This document shows positions 18,190 through 27,631 of a stretch of DNA of 64,000 bases, piece after piece. The notes beneath the pieces are model-generated. The model worked only from the letters and a program-made list of their open reading frames with translations. It made no database searches and had not been told where the DNA came from. Numbering within the stretch: position 1 is the first letter of the stretch; every line of letters starts with the position of its first letter. Origin of the DNA: an uncultured Oscillospiraceae bacterium (GTDB taxonomy: Bacteria > Bacillota > Clostridia > Oscillospirales > CAG-382). The DNA is taken from NCBI GenBank assembly GCA_964485815.1, contig CAZAJX010000002.1:3659-67658 (forward strand), written 5' to 3'. The translations under genes and the position numbers were made by a program.

Positions 18190-19056
18190 ATGCTTATATC
18201 TACCGAGATTGCTTCTATAGCCAACGTTGTAGGCGAAGAAAAGGCTGTCGAGCTTGTGGCAAAGGCAGGCTTTGATGCCTGGGATTTTTCTATGTTCAAA
18301 ATGGGACCTTATGATTGGCAAAACAAATGCTTAAAGCCTTCGTCTCATCCTCTTTGCGGTAACGAATATCTGGATTTCGCGCGGAAGCTTAAGCGTATTG
18401 GCGAAGATTACGGTATCCACTGTAATCAGTCACACGCGCCTTTTCCCGTATACTGCAAAGAGATACGTGATAGATGTAAAAGAGCCATAGAATGCACTGC
18501 AGAAGCAGGCGGAAGCATTTGTATTATCCATCCCGATAACTACAAAACTCCCGAAGAGAACGCGGAGATGTATTTTGAATTACTTCCCTTTGCGAAGGAA
18601 CACGGAGTTAAGATTGCCACAGAAAATATGTGGAACTGGTCGGATGAAAAGAACTGCGCCGCTCACGCCGCGTGTTCTTCTGCCGAAAGCTTTCTTGCAC
18701 ATCTTAATGCGGTGAATGACGAATATTTTGTAGCTTGTCTTGATATCGGACACGCTGAAATGATGGGTGAAGATACCTCTGCACCTCTTATGATAGAAGC
18801 GCTGGGACATCATCTTCAGGCGCTCCACATACACGATAACGACAAAAAGTATGATTCACACAACATACCCTTTTCTATGCAGATAGATTTCGATGCTGTA
18901 GCCGCTTCCCTTAAAAAGATAGGATACAGCGGTTATCTTACCCTTGAAGCGGACAGATATATTGCTAACTGCGGCGCACGCACCGAAGACGAAGTATACA
19001 AGTGTGTTTGCGCGCTTGCGGAATCGGCAAGACAGCTTGAAAAATTAATAAAATAG
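18190..19056 (+). CDS. Sugar phosphate isomerase/epimerase (xylose isomerase-like TIM barrel family)
   Basis: Family-typical metal-site motifs (HAPF, ATENM, LDIGHA, HIHDN). ATG 18190 is preferred over GTG 18184 because of GAGG upstream. Confidence 0.75.
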   Translation: MLISTEIASIANVVGEEKAVELVAKAGFDAWDFSMFKMGPYDWQNKCLKPSSHPLCGNEYLDFARKLKRIGEDYGIHCNQSHAPFPVYCKEIRDRCKRAIECTAEAGGSICIIHPDNYKTPEENAEMYFELLPFAKEHGVKIATENMWNWSDEKNCAAHAACSSAESFLAHLNAVNDEYFVACLDIGHAEMMGEDTSAPLMIEALGHHLQALHIHDNDKKYDSHNIPFSMQIDFDAVAASLKKIGYSGYLTLEADRYIANCGARTEDEVYKCVCALAESARQLEKLIK

Positions 19057-19059
19057 GTT

Positions 19060-20247
19060 TTATGCTTTATTCTTTGCGGTGATTTTAAAGGTAAGTTCTG
19101 TCATAACGACCATAAGTGCTATAAACACAAGGAGATATACGGGCAAAAGCCAATATCCCACCCATTTTCCGAGCACGCCGTAAAGGGGCAGCATAAATGT
19201 TGAGCCAAGGTACGCACCCGCCATTTGTATGCCGATGATGGCGCCTGAGTTTTTTGCGCCGAAGTTTGCGGGAGTGGAATGAATAATGCAGGGATAGATA
19301 GGTGCATATCCCAAGCCGATAATAATAAACGCCGCAACGGATAAATAATTGCTGTTTGCGGGGAAAAAAAGACAAGTAATTCCGCATACCGTTATTACAG
19401 TGCCAAGCAATATCATTTTACGGTCGCCGATCTTGTCCATTAAAAATCCACCGATGAATCTGCCTGCTGTAAGTCCGATAAAAACAAGGGAGGCATATGC
19501 GGCAGCAGTTTCGCTGTCAACGCCTTTTGCTTGCGTAAAGTAGGTGCTTGCCCACCCCATAGCCGTGGATTCAGCGGCACAGTACGCAAAAAAGCCAATG
19601 AGTATAAGCGGTACTCCTTTAATCTTAAAAGCTCCGATTATACCAACACTTTTTTCGTCTTCAGCAATGTTAGCTTTGCTTACGTTTATTTTCCAGACTC
19701 GCAGCGTGAACAGCAAAATAAGTCCAATAACTATCTGTATGACAGCTACCGTTCGGTAACCGTTATGCCAGGTAGAGCTTGCGAGTGCGTGACTCATTAC
19801 AAAAGGACTGACGATAGTTCCCACGCCCCAAAAGCAATGAAGCCAGCTCATATGCTTTGAAGTATAGTGTAATGCTACATAGTTGTTTAGCGCGGCATCG
19901 ATCGCGCCTGCACCAAGACCGTAAGGAATTGCAAAGACCAATATCATCCAATACTTTGTTGAAAATGAAAATCCCAACAGCGCAACCGCGGTGAGAAATA
20001 CGCTGACGGTGGTAACCAAAGCTGTTCCCAGCTTTCTTGTAAGCTTATCGGACAAAAGGCCGGAAATAATCGTACAGCCGGATATTATCATAGTTACAAT
20101 TCCCATATACGGTATGGAAACGCCGAAATCTGCGTGCATAACCGGCCAACCTGCACCCAACAAGGAATCGGGTAATCCCAAGCTTACAAATGCAACGTAT
20201 ATTAAAGCAAGTAAAAGTGAGTACATAATGAGTTCCTTAAAATTCAA
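19060..20247 (-). CDS. MFS transporter
   Basis: 395 aa with ~12 hydrophobic segments and an MFS loop motif (LSDKLTRKLG). Overlaps the sfsA stop by 11 nt. Confidence 0.8.
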   Translation of the reverse strand: MNFKELIMYSLLLALIYVAFVSLGLPDSLLGAGWPVMHADFGVSIPYMGIVTMIISGCTIISGLLSDKLTRKLGTALVTTVSVFLTAVALLGFSFSTKYWMILVFAIPYGLGAGAIDAALNNYVALHYTSKHMSWLHCFWGVGTIVSPFVMSHALASSTWHNGYRTVAVIQIVIGLILLFTLRVWKINVSKANIAEDEKSVGIIGAFKIKGVPLILIGFFAYCAAESTAMGWASTYFTQAKGVDSETAAAYASLVFIGLTAGRFIGGFLMDKIGDRKMILLGTVITVCGITCLFFPANSNYLSVAAFIIIGLGYAPIYPCIIHSTPANFGAKNSGAIIGIQMAGAYLGSTFMLPLYGVLGKWVGYWLLPVYLLVFIALMVVMTELTFKITAKNKA

Positions 20248-20920
20248 ACGGTATTATTTTACTTATCTTTACTTCATCGGGAAATACGATGCAATCCACG
20301 GCAATTACCTTTACCCCATCATCGACAGCTGAACGAAGTGTGTATCCGAATTCCGGATGGGTATCGTAATTTGGTGAAACAGACACCGCGCCGCTGAATT
20401 GAGCAACAAAGACTATATATGCATCATATCCGCTTTTCACACAATCTCTAAGCTCGTTTATGTGCTTGAGTCCCCGTTCGGTAGGTGCATCGGGAAAGCG
20501 ACATACGCCATTTTCTTCCAGCGTAACGCCTTTTACCTCGATAAATGCGGTCTTTTCTCCGTCGACGGCTTTAATGTCAAATCTTGAATTTCCGTAGGTA
20601 ACTTCCCTGCTGAAAATCGCTTTATCGGAAAACATGCCGCTTTTGGGAAGCCATTCAAACACAAGATCGTTGGGAAGCTGTGAGTCCATATTTATTAAGG
20701 TACTGCCCCGCTTGTATACGGCGATAAGATCGTATTTTGTTTTTCTGTTTTGGTTATCCGAAACCGAGAGTATGATACGGTTTCCCGAAACGAGAAGCTC
20801 CTTGCATCTTCCGGTATTTTTAATATGTACGGTTTGCGGTGTTCCGTCAATAATAACAGTCCCCACAAATCTGTTATGGCGTTCGTGAAAAATACCGTGG
20901 GTGATTTTATCGTATTTCAT
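20237..20920 (-). CDS. sfsA: Sugar fermentation stimulation protein A family (SfsA) DNA-binding/nuclease-fold protein
   Basis: N-terminus FHERHNRFVGTVIIDGTPQTVHIKNTGRCKELL and the ~227-aa length are typical of SfsA. Confidence 0.85.
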   Translation of the reverse strand: MKYDKITHGIFHERHNRFVGTVIIDGTPQTVHIKNTGRCKELLVSGNRIILSVSDNQNRKTKYDLIAVYKRGSTLINMDSQLPNDLVFEWLPKSGMFSDKAIFSREVTYGNSRFDIKAVDGEKTAFIEVKGVTLEENGVCRFPDAPTERGLKHINELRDCVKSGYDAYIVFVAQFSGAVSVSPNYDTHPEFGYTLRSAVDDGVKVIAVDCIVFPDEVKISKIIPFEF

Positions 20921-20962
20921 ACAATTCCTTTATAAGTACAAAATAATTAAAGCGGTGGTAAA

Positions 20963-21472
20963 ATGGAAATCAGAATAGCAAAACATGAAGATTTGAACAC
21001 AATAGAAATCATTTTTGAAAATGCCCGCAAATATATGCGTGCGAACGGAAATTTAAAGCAATGGGCGGACGGTTATCCGTACACAGAAACTATTGTTGCG
21101 GATATCAACGCGCAGGTTTGCTACGTTTGTGTGGAAAACGATGATATTATCGGCGTATTTTCTCTGTTAAACGGACCCGACAAAACGTATTCATATATTA
21201 TGGGAAGCGGTTGGCTGAACGGTGAAGAATACGGCGTTATACACAGAATTGCCGTTAATAATAACCGACACGGTGTTGCATCTGAATGTATAAAATTTGC
21301 CGAAAATCGCTATAAAAACCTTCGCATTGACACTCACAAGGACAACAAGCCCATGAGAAGCTTTCTTAAAAAGCACGGATTTTCGGAATGCGGTATTATA
21401 CATTTGGAAAATGGTGATGAACGTATCGCGTATCACAAGGTAATTTCCGGAGCGGAAGCGAATAAGGATTGA
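20963..21472 (+). CDS. GNAT family N-acetyltransferase
   Basis: 169 aa with an acetyl-CoA-binding-like segment (IHRIAVNNNRHGVASECIKFAE). Confidence 0.75.
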   Translation: MEIRIAKHEDLNTIEIIFENARKYMRANGNLKQWADGYPYTETIVADINAQVCYVCVENDDIIGVFSLLNGPDKTYSYIMGSGWLNGEEYGVIHRIAVNNNRHGVASECIKFAENRYKNLRIDTHKDNKPMRSFLKKHGFSECGIIHLENGDERIAYHKVISGAEANKD

Positions 21473-21837
21473 GATTCGTTTTTGGTTACTATTATATGAT
21501 CGATCAGCTTTATTCCGTTGACATACAACAGCTTTATTATGTGCTTTGTTGCGACTATATCACTTTCCGACGGTTCCGCCGAACCTGACGGATGGTTGTG
21601 ATACAGCACTACTCTTTTGCAGGAAAGGCTTATTGCGTATTCTATAAGACTTTTCACGTCGTAATCAACAGTATAAGAAATACCACTGCTCAGCTGTACC
21701 AAACTTATGAGGTTGTTTTTAGCATCCATAAAGGCTGCGCATGCAACTTCATACGAAAGCAGTGATAACTTTTCTCGCACGATTTCGGTAATCTCATCAA
21801 CGGTCACGATTTCCTTTTCATTACTTAACAATATCAT
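21433..21837 (-). CDS. Stand-alone RadC-like JAB/MPN domain protein
   Basis: JAMM motif HNHPSGSAEPSESDIVATK. At 134 aa it lacks the N-terminal HhH part of full-length RadC. Its 3' end overlaps the convergent GNAT gene by 40 nt. Confidence 0.8.
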   Translation of the reverse strand: MILLSNEKEIVTVDEITEIVREKLSLLSYEVACAAFMDAKNNLISLVQLSSGISYTVDYDVKSLIEYAISLSCKRVVLYHNHPSGSAEPSESDIVATKHIIKLLYVNGIKLIDHIIVTKNESQSLFASAPEITL

Positions 21838-21862
21838 AACAAATATCTTTCTTAACTAATCA

Positions 21863-21943
21863 CCCCAAGAAACCTGACTGCTTCTTGGGGACCCAGACAA
21901 TTACCCCAAGAAGCTAACCGCTTCTTGGGGACCCCTACAATTA
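21863..21943. repeat. Two tandem 41-bp units, each a hairpin with conserved stem and divergent loop
   Basis: Unit 1 is CCCCAAGAA-N10-TTCTTGGGG-ACCC-AGACAATTA (from 21863). Unit 2 is CCCCAAGAAGC-TAACC-GCTTCTTGGGG-ACCC-CTACAATTA (from 21904). Confidence 0.8.
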
Positions 21944-21973
21944 AACCGTTCTGCGTGATATGCGGAACGGTTT
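21944..21973 (-). terminator. Probable terminator of the CBS-domain gene
   Basis: ~12-bp stem AAACCGTTCTGC/GCGGAACGGTTT with one wobble position. On the minus strand it is followed by TTTAATT. Confidence 0.5.
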
Positions 21974-21979
21974 AAGATT

Positions 21980-22387
21980 TTATACGGTAAGGTATGTGCC
22001 TGTAAAATATTTAATAATCCTGCCTCTTGTAATTATACCGACGAATACGCCGCGTGCATCGATAACCGGCAAGAAGTTTTGTGCTTGAACCTTATGAAGT
22101 AACTCCTCAGGTGACGCGGTAATATCGATAGGCGGATTCCAATCGGTACGCATAATCTCTCTGACAGTGCGTTTTTCCTGACTTTTCAGATCAGATTCGT
22201 TACGGTTTACAATATCCCATAAAAAATCGCCCTCGTTCACCGTGCCGACATATTTTCCCTCACTATCAATAACGGGAAGTGCCGTATAACCGTGAAATCG
22301 CATTTTTTCAAGTGCTTGGCGGAGTGTGCAGTTGATTTCTACATACGCAACATTGCTTTTTGGCGTAAGGAACTGGAAAATGTTCAT
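21980..22387 (-). CDS. CBS domain pair protein
   Basis: Two CBS-like repeats (e.g. HGYTALPVIDSEGKYVGTVNEGD and QNFLPVIDARGVFVGIITRGRI). GGGGGGAG SD before ATG 22387, so the track start 22441 was trimmed. Confidence 0.8.
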   Translation of the reverse strand: MNIFQFLTPKSNVAYVEINCTLRQALEKMRFHGYTALPVIDSEGKYVGTVNEGDFLWDIVNRNESDLKSQEKRTVREIMRTDWNPPIDITASPEELLHKVQAQNFLPVIDARGVFVGIITRGRIIKYFTGTYLTV

Positions 22388-22408
22388 ATTTCTCCCCCCT
22401 GTATTTAT

Positions 22409-22437
22409 ATTGTACCATTTAATTATGAACATTTCAA
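22409..22437 (-). promoter_or_regulatory. Sigma-A type promoter of the CBS-domain gene
   Basis: Minus strand: TTGAAA (22437-22432), 17-nt spacer, TACAAT (22414-22409), preceded by TGG. Confidence 0.45.
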
Positions 22438-22522
22438 GCACAATATGAATAAACCAAACAAAAACTCCGACACTTCTGCGTTGTATTCTAAAAGACGCAA
22501 CGCTAGTTTTCGGATACCGCCG

Positions 22523-22614
22523 AGTGATATTGCTTTAGGCAGTCTTCAACCGAATAAAATATCACTGAAACCGTAGGGCTTTAATATCACTTTTGATTTA
22601 TCAAAAATATCACT
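22523..22614. repeat. Cluster of four copies of the 9-mer AATATCACT (three direct, one inverted)
   Basis: AGTGATATT at 22523-22531, and AATATCACT at 22558-22566, 22583-22591 and 22606-22614 (spacings 25 and 23 bp). The cluster lies immediately 3' of the S41-like gene. Confidence 0.7.
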
Positions 22615-22626
22615 ATGAGACCTGTT

Positions 22627-23871
22627 TCACAATATTGCTATTTTAGAGTTGATTTTATTTAGTACAGAGGTAGCAACATCTTTACTGTCTATCCAATAAT
22701 CTGGTTCGAAGCCAACTGCTTCAACGATGTTTGTGTCGAATACTTTTTGCGGACACCATAGCACTACTTTAGAATTAGGTAAATAGTAAATACATAAATC
22801 TCCAAAACATCCTATTCCCAGTGAATTGCATCCATAAAAAGTAACACGTGGAAGAGTTGCTGCCCAAGCAACTGCGATTTCGGCGGAAGACGCCACCATA
22901 TCATTGATTATTACATGAAGTTCACCATTGAATAAATCAGCACTTTCTGTTTGCTCATTACAAATTTGTTCAAAACGATAGGGAATATCTTGGATGATCC
23001 CATACTCTTTGGCGTGAACAAGAGTCGACTTTAATTCCAGAAATTTCAATGTGTCACGAAAACCACCAGTGAGACCGAGCAGGAACTGTTTTGGGAGTTC
23101 CGAATTGCCGCCAAGATTATTCGATAAATCCCAAATTACATGCTTATAATTTCGGCATTTTTTACCAATCTCATAAAGTTTATTCTTTTGCGCTTCTGAA
23201 TCGCCAACAAAACTCGAACATGTGATTATCGCAGTATCTTCGTGGTAACATTCATCAACCAAGAATTCTTCCGTAGATGTATGACTTTTTATTTTATGAA
23301 CAGGTAAAACTTCTTCATTATTCCCTATTCTGACGAATATTACCTCAATCTGCTCTTTACTGCGAACGCCTATCAAATATGTAGCAGCTCCATTCATTGA
23401 GACTGTTGGAAAAATACGCAAGGAGCTATCAAAAGAAATCGGCTTGCCAGAACATAAATCAAAATAAGAGTCATTCGTTTTGGTAAGACGCAAGTCAGAC
23501 ACGAAAGTGTGCACTTTTTTGTAGAAACCTTTTCCGTAATCTTGCGTTGATAAAGATAAATGCCCATCGGAAATAAAAGACAGATGTTTACATATCAAGT
23601 CAATCAATTCATTCGGAGTGATTTTTTCCAAAGAATTTAATTCATCCAAGATGGAAATAAAGGCTGTTCTAAATAAGGTTTCATCATAATGGGGATAACC
23701 GCTATATGCATTCTCCAAAACATATTGGACATACAAAACATCATCTCTTGCATCATCAATTGATAATTTAACAGGTGTGACCTTATATAAACTTTCGCCA
23801 TCATTAAATTTTCTCCGCAGAACTGTCATCGGTTCTGTTGCAGAATATTTAAGGTATTCGGTGTTGTTCAT
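22627..23871 (-). CDS. S41-like (C-terminal processing peptidase family-like) protein with no signal peptide
   Basis: VIWDLSNNLGGNS resembles the S41 LxxDLRxNxGG block, and DMVASSAEIAV resembles the Ser-nucleophile block. The expected GxxTxGKG Lys block reads YGCNSLGIG (no Lys). The gene is markedly AT-richer than its neighbours. Confidence 0.5.
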   Translation of the reverse strand: MNNTEYLKYSATEPMTVLRRKFNDGESLYKVTPVKLSIDDARDDVLYVQYVLENAYSGYPHYDETLFRTAFISILDELNSLEKITPNELIDLICKHLSFISDGHLSLSTQDYGKGFYKKVHTFVSDLRLTKTNDSYFDLCSGKPISFDSSLRIFPTVSMNGAATYLIGVRSKEQIEVIFVRIGNNEEVLPVHKIKSHTSTEEFLVDECYHEDTAIITCSSFVGDSEAQKNKLYEIGKKCRNYKHVIWDLSNNLGGNSELPKQFLLGLTGGFRDTLKFLELKSTLVHAKEYGIIQDIPYRFEQICNEQTESADLFNGELHVIINDMVASSAEIAVAWAATLPRVTFYGCNSLGIGCFGDLCIYYLPNSKVVLWCPQKVFDTNIVEAVGFEPDYWIDSKDVATSVLNKINSKIAIL

Positions 23872-23942
23872 TCTCTTCCTCGTAAATTCATATTTATCGG
23901 TTAGTTATATTATAGCATACTTTAAGTCAATAGTAAAGGAAT

Positions 23943-23979
23943 TAAAAAATACCCATGATGTTTCGACATCATGGGTATA
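23943..23979 (-). terminator. Rho-independent terminator downstream of the GS III gene
   Basis: 11-bp stem TACCCATGATG/CATCATGGGTA (23950-23960/23968-23978). On the minus strand it is followed by TTTTTTAAT. Confidence 0.8.
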
Positions 23980-24041
23980 ATTTGCTTTATAGAGAACTTT
24001 CTTCAAGGTACAACGCTTATTTGTCGGGGCTTTTAATTATA

Positions 24042-26117
24042 TTAAAGAAGAATTTCGGTATATGTGGGGAACGGCCACATATCTTTGGGGACGTATAACT
24101 CAGCGGTATCTGCCGCTTCGCGCAACCTATCCATACAAGGAATGATCTGTGTGGCAAACAAACGCGCTTTTTCAAGTTTATCGGAAACAGCCTTTGCCTT
24201 ATCCAACAGAACGGAAAGCGATTCACACTCGTTATAAATAGAAACGGCGCAATCGTTAAGCTTTAAAGCAAGCTCGTATTCGACTTTATCCGACAAAACA
24301 AGTTTCTTTTTCTTTTCGGCGTTATCACACACACAAGCTACATAAGACGATACTGCAGGCAATATCTGACGGCGTGCCATATGTACCATTGTAGAACCAT
24401 CAACGTTAACTGTTTTGGAATACTCGTCCAGCATAACATCGTAACGTGAAAGCATTTCTTTTTCGGTAAGAATTCCGTGCTTTCCGAAAATGCGGATATT
24501 TTTTTCGGAAATATAATGCGGGAGAGCCTGAGCAGTATTGGCGAGATTGAGTAATCCGCGGCGCTGTGCTTCTCTTACCCATTCTTCGGAATAGTTATTA
24601 CCGTTAAAAATGATACGTTTGTGGTTGTAATAAGTATCGGCAATGATCGAATCCACGGTTTTGGAAATATCATCGGAATTATCAAGAATATCGGCAAATT
24701 CGCAAAGAGATTCGGCAACAACGGTATTGATCACCGTGTTGCACATTGCGATGGACATAGAAGAACCGGGCATTCTGAATTCAAATTTATTACCCGTAAA
24801 AGCAAAGGGAGAAGTTCTGTTTCTGTCTTCACCATCATTTGCAAACTGAGGTAAAACGTTTACGCCCAAGGGAAGCTGCTGGCTTTCATCGGTAACGATC
24901 TGTGAGCCGTTTACAAAAGATTTTAAGGTATCGGTAATACGCTTGCCGAGGAAAACAGAAATTATAGCAGGAGGCGCCTCGTAGCCGCCAAGACGTTTGT
25001 CATTACCGGCAGTAGCTACAGAAATTCTTATAAGATCCTGATAATTATCGACACCCTTGAGAACTGCGCAAACCATAAGCAGGAAAAGCTTGTTAGAAGG
25101 CATATCATCGCCCGGATCGAGAAGATTCTTTCCGTCGGCAGACAACGACCAGTTATTGTGTTTACCGCTTCCGTTAATGGAATTAAAAGGCTTTTCCGCA
25201 AGCAGACAACGCAATCCGTTTTCCTTTGCTGCCTTTTTCATAATATCCATTGTAAGCTGGTTTTGGTCGGTAGCGCGGTTACAATCCGTAAATATGGGGG
25301 CAAGCTCGTATTGACAGGGAGCGGCTTCGTTGTGCTCCGTTTTTGCGGGGATTCCTCTCATCCAAAGCTCTCTGTCAAGAGTTGTCATAAAATTCTTTAC
25401 TTTAAAGGGAATTATACCGAAATAGTGATCGTCAAGCTCCTGACCTTTGGGGGCGGGTGCGCCGAACAAGGTTTTGCCGGTGATCTTAAGATCTTCGCGC
25501 TTGTGGTAAACGTCCTCATCCACAAGGAAATATTCCTGCTCACCGCCAACCATCGGAGCCACGCGGCGAGGATTGATATCGAAATGCTTTAACAAGCGCT
25601 TTGCTTGGACATCCAACGCCTGAATAGAACGGAGCAACGGTGTCTTTCTGTCAAGACATTCGCCGCTGTAAGAACAGAAGGCGGAAGGAATGTAAAGCGT
25701 ATCGTCTTTGACAAATGCATCGGACGTAGGGTCCCAAGCGGTACAACCACGGGCTTCAAAGGTAGCGCGAAGACCGCCTGAAGGGAAAGAAGATGCATCG
25801 GGCTCGCTGGTGATAAGATCTTTGCCGGAAAAGCCTACGATGATCTGACCTGTTCCCTTTTCAAGAGAAAAGAAAGAATCGTGCTTTTCTGCGGTAATAC
25901 CCGTCATCGGCTGAAACCAATGTGTATAATGAGTAGCGCCTTTTTCGATAGCCCACTCTTTCATTGCGGAAGCAACAACGTTTGCCAAAGAAATATCAAG
26001 ACTTCTGCCGTTTTCGATAGTTTCCTGCAGACTCTTGTATGCCTCGGGAGGAAGCATTTCTTTGCGTACGTTATCGTTAAATACCATTGTGCCGAAATAT
26101 TCGGAAATCTTATTCAT
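24042..26117 (-). CDS. glnN: Glutamine synthetase, type III
   Basis: 691 aa. The N-terminus (ISEYFGTMVFNDNV...ATHYTHWFQPMTG) and the FEFRMPGSS block are typical of GS III. Confidence 0.9.
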   Translation of the reverse strand: MNKISEYFGTMVFNDNVRKEMLPPEAYKSLQETIENGRSLDISLANVVASAMKEWAIEKGATHYTHWFQPMTGITAEKHDSFFSLEKGTGQIIVGFSGKDLITSEPDASSFPSGGLRATFEARGCTAWDPTSDAFVKDDTLYIPSAFCSYSGECLDRKTPLLRSIQALDVQAKRLLKHFDINPRRVAPMVGGEQEYFLVDEDVYHKREDLKITGKTLFGAPAPKGQELDDHYFGIIPFKVKNFMTTLDRELWMRGIPAKTEHNEAAPCQYELAPIFTDCNRATDQNQLTMDIMKKAAKENGLRCLLAEKPFNSINGSGKHNNWSLSADGKNLLDPGDDMPSNKLFLLMVCAVLKGVDNYQDLIRISVATAGNDKRLGGYEAPPAIISVFLGKRITDTLKSFVNGSQIVTDESQQLPLGVNVLPQFANDGEDRNRTSPFAFTGNKFEFRMPGSSMSIAMCNTVINTVVAESLCEFADILDNSDDISKTVDSIIADTYYNHKRIIFNGNNYSEEWVREAQRRGLLNLANTAQALPHYISEKNIRIFGKHGILTEKEMLSRYDVMLDEYSKTVNVDGSTMVHMARRQILPAVSSYVACVCDNAEKKKKLVLSDKVEYELALKLNDCAVSIYNECESLSVLLDKAKAVSDKLEKARLFATQIIPCMDRLREAADTAELYVPKDMWPFPTYTEILL

Positions 26118-26129
26118 AAAGACAGCTCC

Positions 26130-27614
26130 TTATTTATGGTAAAGCTTTTTGGTCTGATATAGAGGCTCACAAGTAAGGTTGATGCCAAGCTTTTTCAGCA
26201 GACCTTCATCAACCTGCGAGAGAATTACTGAAGAGTGCATATCTGCATTTTTTAATTTTGAAAGCATATCCAAAGCTTTTTTAGCATTTTCATCGGTAAC
26301 GGCGCATATGGAAAGAGCAATCAAAACCTCATCTGTATGAAGTCTGGGATTTCTGTTGCCCAAGTGGCCGACCTTTAATTCTGCAATAGGTTCAATAATT
26401 TCCCGGGAAATAAGCAAAAGATCATCATCAAGTCCTGCAAGATATTTAAGTGCATTAAGAAGCATCGCGCTGGACGCACCGAGGAGATCTGATGTTTTTC
26501 CCGTAACGATCTTACCGTCGGGTAATTCGAGTGCTGCTGCAGGCATTCCTGTCGCTTCAGCCTTTGCACGGGCTAAGGTAACGACTTTTCTGTCGCTTAC
26601 ACGGAGATCGCATCTGTTCATCAAAAGCTCGTTTTTATAAACGGCATCGCTATCGCTCATAGCTTTCTTTTGCTGACACATAGCCGCAAAATAACGGCGG
26701 ATTACCTCCTGACGTGATGCCTCGCATACAGCCTCTTCGTCAAAGATACAATATCCTGCCATATTTACGCCCATATCCGTGGGAGATTTATAAGGACACT
26801 TCCCATAGATCTTTTGGAAAATAGCGTGAAGCACGGGGAAAATCTCGATATCACGGTTGTAATTGACACAGGTCTTTCCGTACGCTTCAAGATGGAAGGG
26901 GTCGATCATATTTACGTCGTCAAGATCAGTAGTTGCAGCTTCATACGCGATGTTTACGGGATGGCGCAAGGGAAGATTCCACACGGGGAAAGTTTCAAAC
27001 TTTGCATATCCCGCCTTTACACCGTGGCGGTGCTCATGGTAAAGCTGGGACAGACAAACCGCCATTTTACCGCTTCCCGGCCCCGGCGCTGTAACAACAA
27101 CGAGAGAGCGGGAGGTTTCTATATAATCGTTTCGTCCGTAACCTTCGTCGCTTACGATGAGGGCGGTATTGGAGGGGTATCCCTCAATACGGTAGTGACG
27201 GTAAGTTTTTATTCCGAGGCGTTCAAGGCGTTTTTCAAACGCAACTACAGACGGCTGAAGAGAATACTGAGTAAAGACAACACTGCCGACGTAAAGACCG
27301 CAAAGACGAAAAGCATCGATCAAACGGAGTACTTCTGCATCGTAGGTAATACCGAGATCGCCGCGTACTTTGTTTTTTTCTATATCTTCCGCAGAAATGA
27401 CGATAACAACTTCTGCTTCATCCTTTAAGGAAAGAAGCATCTGAAGCTTACTATCGGGCTCAAATCCGGGAAGGACGCGCGCCGCGTGGTAATCATCGAA
27501 AAGCTTTCCGCCAAATTCAAGGTAAAGCTTTCCGCCGAAGTGGTTGATACGGTCGCGTATCTGCTGGGATTGGAGAGTGATATATTTTTGATTATCAAAT
27601 CCAATTTTAAACAT
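26130..27614 (-). CDS. DUF1846 / UPF0371 family protein
   Basis: N-terminus FDNQKYITLQSQQIRDRINHFGGKLYLEFGGKLFDDYHAARVLPGFEPDSK and the ~494-aa length match the family as I remember it. Confidence 0.8.
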   Translation of the reverse strand: MFKIGFDNQKYITLQSQQIRDRINHFGGKLYLEFGGKLFDDYHAARVLPGFEPDSKLQMLLSLKDEAEVVIVISAEDIEKNKVRGDLGITYDAEVLRLIDAFRLCGLYVGSVVFTQYSLQPSVVAFEKRLERLGIKTYRHYRIEGYPSNTALIVSDEGYGRNDYIETSRSLVVVTAPGPGSGKMAVCLSQLYHEHRHGVKAGYAKFETFPVWNLPLRHPVNIAYEAATTDLDDVNMIDPFHLEAYGKTCVNYNRDIEIFPVLHAIFQKIYGKCPYKSPTDMGVNMAGYCIFDEEAVCEASRQEVIRRYFAAMCQQKKAMSDSDAVYKNELLMNRCDLRVSDRKVVTLARAKAEATGMPAAALELPDGKIVTGKTSDLLGASSAMLLNALKYLAGLDDDLLLISREIIEPIAELKVGHLGNRNPRLHTDEVLIALSICAVTDENAKKALDMLSKLKNADMHSSVILSQVDEGLLKKLGINLTCEPLYQTKKLYHK

Positions 27615-27631
27615 TTTTTAACTCCGTATAA

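Noticed and set aside
21863-21943. Possible mini-CRISPR array (repeated ~41-bp units)
   Set aside because: There are only two units. The conserved parts are the two arms of a hairpin rather than a repeat separated by unique spacers. The variable parts are 5-8 nt loops, and no cas genes are in the window.
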